From Camelus dromedarius (Eukaryota), in contig NC_087451.1 in assembly GCF_036321535.1 (NCBI RefSeq), positions 37,572,001-37,636,000 of the forward strand: 64,000 nucleotides of DNA. The letters run 5' to 3'. A program made the position numbers and the translations under genes. Below, piece by piece: positions 61,485 through 64,000 of the stretch; position 1 is the stretch's first letter; each line of letters opens with the position of its first letter. The notes below the pieces were generated by a model, which worked only from the letters and a program-made list of their open reading frames with translations, had not been told where the DNA came from and searched no databases.

Positions 61485-63345
61485 CATCTCACCCTCAAGG
61501 CTTATCATAAACTCCAGTAATCAAGACAGTGCAACACATCAGAAATTGACAAGACATTGTAAACTGACTATTAAAAATAGATAAACAAAAAAAAACAAAA
61601 ACAAACAAACAGAAGAGTGTGATATTGACATAAGGGAAGACAAATAGATCGATGGGACAGAACAGGGAGTCCAGAAGTAGACCCATGCATATCCAAACAA
61701 CTGGTTCTGGGCGAAGATACAAAGACAATTCAGTGACAAAAGAATCATCTTTTCAACAAATGATTCTGGAACAATTAGATATTAGTATGCAAAACAAAAA
61801 CAAAAAACCTTTTTGCCTCCCAATACCGCGTTAAAGAAATTAATTCAAATTGGATTATTAACCTAAATATAAAACCTAAACCTAATACAGGCGCAATTTT
61901 TTGTGACCTCAGGTTAAGCACATGTTTCTTAGAAATGACACCAAAATCACAACCCATAAAAACAAATTGTTAAGTTGGATGTCATCAAAATTATACACTT
62001 CTGCTTTTCAAAAGATACTGTTAATGAAAAGATAAGCCAGGGAGGTGCAGAGAGGGGGAACTGGATAAAGGCAGTCCAAAGGTACAAACTTCCAGGTATA
62101 AGACAAACAAGTTTTAGGGGTGTAATGTACAACATGATAAATATAATTAACACTGCCGTATGTTATATGTGAAAGTTGCTAAGAGAGTAAATTCTAAGAG
62201 TTCTTATCACAAGAAAACTACTTTTCTCTATTTCTTTAATTTTGCATCTATAGGAGATGGTGTATGTTCATTCATTTGTGTCAACTATTTCATCATGATG
62301 TATATAAGGCAAATCATGTTGTACATCTTAAACTTACACAGTGCTGTATGTCAATTTTATCTTGGGAAAACTAGGGAAAAAAAAGAAAAGCCACAGACTG
62401 GGAAAAATAATTATTAAGCATATATTTGGTAAGTTCAGAATATGTAAATAACTCTCAAAATGCAATAATAAGATAACAAACAAAAATAGGCAAAATATTT
62501 GAAAAGACATTTCATCAAAAAAGATACATGGATGGATGGCAAATAAGCACATTAAAAAAATTCTCAGCATCAGTAGATAAAAGGGAAATGCAAATGAAAA
62601 GCATGAGATACCAAAATTAATTTGTTAAAATGGCTAAAATTTAAAAAGACCAACCCTGCCAAGTATTGGTAAGGATGTGAAGGAGGTGGAACACTCATAT
62701 ATTGCTGGCAGAAATGTAAAATGTTAAGATGGTACAGCTATTTCTCAAGGTACAACTTGGCAAATAGTTTGCATTTTCTTAAAGAATTAAGTGGATACCT
62801 ACTGTATGATCCAGCCATTTCACTCCTGGGTATTTGCTAAAGAGAAATGACAGTATATGTCCTTTGAGAGTTTTGCATGAATGGTTATAACAGCTTTGTA
62901 ACAGCCTAAAGCTGGAAACAACATAAATGTCCAGCAGCTGTGAGATTCCACACAATGGAATACTACTCAGCAATAAAAAGGAACAAACTATTGACACATG
63001 CTAAACATACTTAAAAATCAGAATAATTAACCCTGAGTTAAAGAATCCAGATGGATAAAAAGAGTACTCTATGATTTCATGTGTCTAAAATTCCAGGAAA
63101 TGCAAACTAATATATAGTGACAGAAAACAGATCAGCTCTTGCCTGAGGTCAGCCAGGGATGGGAATAAAGAGGAGGAAACACTAAAATATTNNNNNNNNN
63201 NNNNNNNNNNNNNNNNNNNNNNNNNNNNNNNNNNNNNNNNNNNNNNNNNNNNNNNNNNNNNNNNNNNNNNNNNNNNNNNNNNNNNNNNNNNNNNNNNNNN
63301 NNNNNNNNNNNNNNNNNNNNATGTCAATTAGACTTCACTAAGGTC
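61485..63345 (+). mobile_element. L1MB ORF2 to 3' UTR with two nested younger L1 3' inserts (about 61532-61618 and 62039-62390); N gap 63192-63320
   Basis: L1 ORF2 motifs 'ccagtaatcaagacagtg...acaaatagatcgatgggacagaac...aatcatcttttcaacaaatg'. The inserts are bounded by imperfect direct repeats aaga(ca)gtg and aaaga(t/a)aagcca. Confidence 0.88.
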
Positions 63346-63459
63346 TTAGAAGACTTTAATTATAATAAAAATACAAAAATTACTATAGACAGTGAAAAAA
63401 TAAATACTAGATATCAAATCCAGCAATACATTAAAGAATAATAATATTTACCAAGGTGG

Positions 63460-63712
63460 AAAAGAAGCAGGAAGGGATTAATTGGGAGTTTGAGATTTAC
63501 AGATACTAACTACTATATACAAAATAGACACACAAGTTTCTACTGTATAACACAGGGAACTATATTCAATATCTTGTAGTAACTCATAATAAAAAAGAAT
63601 TTATGTATGTATATGTATGACTGAAGCATTACACCATTCACTAGAAACTGACGCAACATTGTAAACTGACTCTACTTCAATAAAAAAACGAAAGAAAGAA
63701 AGAAAAGACTAA
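63460..63712 (+). mobile_element. Cetartiodactyl-type L1 3' end with A-rich tail
   Basis: 'gagtttgagatttacagatactaactactatatac...cacagggaactatattcaatatcttgta...cattgtaaactgactctacttcaataaaaaaa'. Confidence 0.9.
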
Positions 63713-63899
63713 GTAGTGAGACTTACTTGGCATAAAGATTATTCTAGAAATAAGTTTCTTCTTTTTTTTTTTTTTTCCAGTTCAAGGAAACAACTTTATG
63801 CCTCATGTTTATAATGTTAGTGTCTGAAGACTGGCCCTTGCATGATACAATTATAATAATAATTGTAAGAAATAGAAATACGTTTCTAAGTAACATTAG

Positions 63900-64000
63900 A
63901 AAAACTGGGTTTGTGATTCGACACATTAGGAGGTTAAAACACCAGCAACAGAGTTGAGCAAAACATCAGATAAACCCAGACTGAGGGACACTGTACAAAG
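63900..64000 (+). mobile_element. L1MC 3' UTR fragment, truncated by the window edge
   Basis: 'acatcagataaacccagactgagggacactgtacaaa'. Confidence 0.7.

Noticed and set aside
1-64000. CRISPR arrays, operons or prokaryotic defence systems
   Set aside because: The sequence is eutherian, as shown by MIR, L2, L1 and MLT content, and has no regularly spaced repeat-spacer array.

Overview
Non-coding mammalian genomic DNA from a gene desert or very large intron. It is most likely camelid (alpaca or camel): two tRNA-Ala-derived Vic-1-type SINEs and cetartiodactyl-type L1 3' ends are present, and I saw no Alu, B1/B2, Bov-A/B or PRE-1. I can support no host protein-coding exon, rRNA, genuine tRNA or CRISPR array. 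The only ORF-track peptides with recognisable homology are decayed retroelement proteins (L1 ORF1p, L1 ORF2p endonuclease, CR1/L3 ORF2). A large share of the window is old interspersed repeat: L1M, L2, MIR, L3/CR1, MLT1/MLT2, LTR16/33, MER21, MER34/39, Tigger and hAT MERs. Family names come from remembered consensus sequences, not from a search, and boundaries are approximate. There are seven short N gaps. I found no evidence of a novel multi-gene system. The best leads are cis-regulatory or structural: several repeat-free, motif-dense enhancer candidates (8.3, 17.8, 48 and 51 kb), an unexplained diverged ~170-bp direct repeat with a third partial copy (18.9-20.2 kb), a perfect 38-bp palindrome built on an L1 tail (5.9 kb), a CpG-retaining ERVL LTR with GC and CCAAT boxes (9.5 kb), and RFX X-box-like sites.
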